Shown: positions 61,995-64,000 of the stretch, piece after piece | Position numbering within the stretch: position 1 is the first letter of the stretch | Layout: each line of letters begins with the position of its first letter | Source: Gammaproteobacteria bacterium | Lineage (GTDB): Bacteria > Pseudomonadota > Gammaproteobacteria > Ga0077536 | Assembly (NCBI GenBank): GCA_963662545.2 | Contig: CAXXLL010000003.1 | Location: 2,304,001-2,368,000 of the forward strand | Reading direction: 5' to 3' | DNA: 64,000 nucleotides | Made by a program: the position numbers and the translations under genes | The notes under the pieces: generated by a model | What the model saw: the letters and a program-made list of their open reading frames with translations, nothing else | Database searches by the model: none | What the model was told of the DNA's origin: nothing

Positions 61995-62811
61995 TTAGGG
62001 GACATTCATGTTTTTCCCATTTTTTTGCTCGACTTACGACTTACGGGGTCGCCCCCGCGGCCGAATACTGGCTTCCAAACCAAGTTCTTCTGCGACTTTG
62101 AGCCGCCATGCTTGGTGGCCGAATGGTCGGCCACGCACCACACATTCGCGAATCGCCTCAACCTCTTCGGTGGTCTGAGGCGCGTTTACAAATTCAATCC
62201 AATCTGCGGCGCAAGCTTCGGGAGCCATCTCGCTCAACAAACTCCGTCGCACTGTCATTCCTGCGCTCAGGCTGGACCACGGCCAAGATTCTGCCGTGTT
62301 GCTCAAACGTGCTCGAAGAGGATTACGCTCAACGTATCGCAAAACTGTCAGTAGATGTCGATCCTGTTCAATGGGAAACGCTTTGAATCGCCCCTGCCAT
62401 ATTCGGCCATCTGTCCCATACTTTTTGTGATATCTCCTTACATGAGCCGTCATAAGCCGTTGCATCCATCGACTGAGATCCCCGTCGCCGAATGGGTACA
62501 AGATGAAATGAAAATGGTTCGGCATGAGACAGTAGCCAAGCACGCGCATCGGTACCTTGGCGCTCGACCGTGCCATGAGGTCTACAAAAGCCTGATAATC
62601 ACTTGGATGATGAAATACGCGCGCGCGGCGGTTACCACGGTTTATAACGTGGTAGCAGGTCCCTCCGACCGAAGCGCGTGCCGTCCGTGGCATCTCGCAA
62701 GCTTACCAAAAACCTGCTCAGATTTTAGGGGACAATCATCATTTTCATGCGCCTAACCTTCGAAAAGATGAATGTCCCCATTAATACGGCTTCGAAAAGA
62801 TGAATGTCCCC
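61995..62811. repeat. GGGGACA(T/A)TCAT / ATGAATGTCCCC repeats flanking the RAYT gene
   Basis: Copies at ~61998 and ~62728; inverted 22-bp tandem copies CTTCGAAAAGATGAATGTCCCC at 62758-62779 and 62790-62811. Confidence 0.85.
62034..62693 (-). CDS. REP-associated tyrosine (Y1 HUH) transposase, RAYT-like
   Basis: MPR.AR, YHVINRGN, CLMPNHFH, WQGRF, YVERNP, WPWSS, RPRGRP tail. Confidence 0.92.
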   Translation of the reverse strand: MPRTARASVGGTCYHVINRGNRRARVFHHPSDYQAFVDLMARSSAKVPMRVLGYCLMPNHFHFILYPFGDGDLSRWMQRLMTAHVRRYHKKYGTDGRIWQGRFKAFPIEQDRHLLTVLRYVERNPLRARLSNTAESWPWSSLSAGMTVRRSLLSEMAPEACAADWIEFVNAPQTTEEVEAIRECVVRGRPFGHQAWRLKVAEELGLEASIRPRGRPRKS

Positions 62812-62831
62812 TTTTATTCTTCTCTCTTCGC

Positions 62832-64000
62832 TCAATTCGCGCAGATCTCGACTTCGTCGAAAAGGACGGCGTCACTCGAGCCCATGGTCGGGGAGGTCAG
62901 GAACCGGATGCGGGCGTTGGGTGCGATGGCACCGGTGATATCGAGAATCATGTGCTGCGGGTTGGCGGCGCTGTCGTTGCCCGGGCCTTCGATACGGGCG
63001 ACCTCCGTCCAGATCGCCCCACCGTCGTTGGAATAGTCGACAGTCGCGTAATCGTTGGCGTCGTCCAGATTGCCGCGCCAGTAGTCGAATTCCAGTACGG
63101 CGCTCGAATAGGGGGACAGATTGAGTTGGCGACCCACCCCCTCCCCGCCGCCGTCGTTGTCGCGTACCCGCACCGCGCGATTGCCGCCGTCGAACAACGC
63201 GACGATTTCGTCGCCCGTGGCCGAGTTACCGTTCTCGTTGATCTCGACCCAGTTCGTGGCCCATGCGCTGGTGCCCGTGCTGCCGCTGTAATCGTTCGTT
63301 TCGAAATCGTCCGCGAAACGGGCCGCGCAGGTCGCGATCCCGTCCTTGCCGGCGCCCGCGGCCCACTTGATGGCCCGCAGCATGAGATGCCGGCCGTCGT
63401 CAGTGAGACTCCCAATGTCGAAAGCATTTCCACCCCAGGGCAGACTCACCCGACGGCCCGCCGCCGTGCCGCCGTCATGCAGGAGGTCGCCGGTGGACAG
63501 CGTGACCAACGTGCCGGCGCCACCGCCCTCGGCGAGCACGTTCAGGATCGGCGAGAGCGTGCCGGCGACGCTGTGGAGAGCCTCGCTCACGGCCGTGATC
63601 ACCAGCGGGCCGGTGCCGAAAGGCGCCGTGATGTAATGCTGGTCGTCGATGATCGAAATGGTAGTTTCCGTATATCCCGCACCGCCCGACGCGATGCCGA
63701 ATTCGTCGTGCAGCGCCACTTCTTCGTCGACGATACCGATGGCCGCGTCTCGCAGTTTCGTGTTGAGGTCGCCGGAAGTCGTCTCTTCGGAGATATAAAC
63801 GACATCAGACGTGGCGACCGCAGCATCGAATGCCGCCTGTGGATCGCTCGCGGTAATGAGGTTCACCGTGTAACCCCAGGATTGAAGCAATGCCTGTTTC
63901 GCGGCATCCTGCGCGCTGAGACTGGCCGCATCAGGCACGACCAGCAAGACCCTCGACGCGCCGCCGACGGCCAGCGCTGCGATCTCCGCCGCACTGAGCG
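62832..64000 (-). CDS. C-terminal part of a large extracellular beta-rich protein (probably LamG-containing); 5' end off the window
   Basis: Frame open to the window edge, reading LSAAEIAAL (typical LamG end); DDFE...YS.DGG..W..V C-terminal domain. Confidence 0.65.
   Translation of the reverse strand, partial: LSAAEIAALAVGGASRVLLVVPDAASLSAQDAAKQALLQSWGYTVNLITASDPQAAFDAAVATSDVVYISEETTSGDLNTKLRDAAIGIVDEEVALHDEFGIASGGAGYTETTISIIDDQHYITAPFGTGPLVITAVSEALHSVAGTLSPILNVLAEGGGAGTLVTLSTGDLLHDGGTAAGRRVSLPWGGNAFDIGSLTDDGRHLMLRAIKWAAGAGKDGIATCAARFADDFETNDYSGSTGTSAWATNWVEINENGNSATGDEIVALFDGGNRAVRVRDNDGGGEGVGRQLNLSPYSSAVLEFDYWRGNLDDANDYATVDYSNDGGAIWTEVARIEGPGNDSAANPQHMILDITGAIAPNARIRFLTSPTMGSSDAVLFDEVEICAN

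Overview
Gammaproteobacterium-like, GC-rich window in two halves. (1) About 183-34001 is a ~33.8 kb P4/PICI-like integrative island inserted at the 3' end of a tRNA-Ser(CGA) gene (33988-34078, minus). It carries a P4-type integrase at the far end and a hypothetical-AlpA-primase/helicase module with a probable origin. Cargo is an outer-membrane beta-barrel and a TonB-dependent receptor. It also holds six IS21-family copies of four types plus IS3, IS481-like, IS1 and IS6 remnants. (2) About 34600-64000 is chromosomal backbone: mltF, a SEL1-repeat protein, two HDOD proteins, phaC, lpdA, a C13 peptidase, yidD, a NUDIX hydrolase, a UbiA/DprE1/DprE2 plus GT-C cluster (polyprenyl-phospho-arabinose pathway), a PAS-GGDEF-EAL protein, an NtaA/DmoA monooxygenase, a GGDEF-pilMNO(P)-secretin operon and a REP-associated tyrosine transposase. 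The most unusual signal is a tandem array of three 176-bp units in the tRNA-Ser leader. Each unit is the 5' part of the tRNA with an 84-nt multi-hairpin element inserted exactly 3' of the anticodon, and a relative of that element is nested in a MITE at 50083-50317. Other notable items: a double-primase/helicase fusion, a ~70-bp inverted repeat near both island ends, the same amber stop in two IS21 copies, and an apparent A:T->C:G bias in decaying IS genes. All calls come from reading the sequence and motifs by eye; no searches were run.
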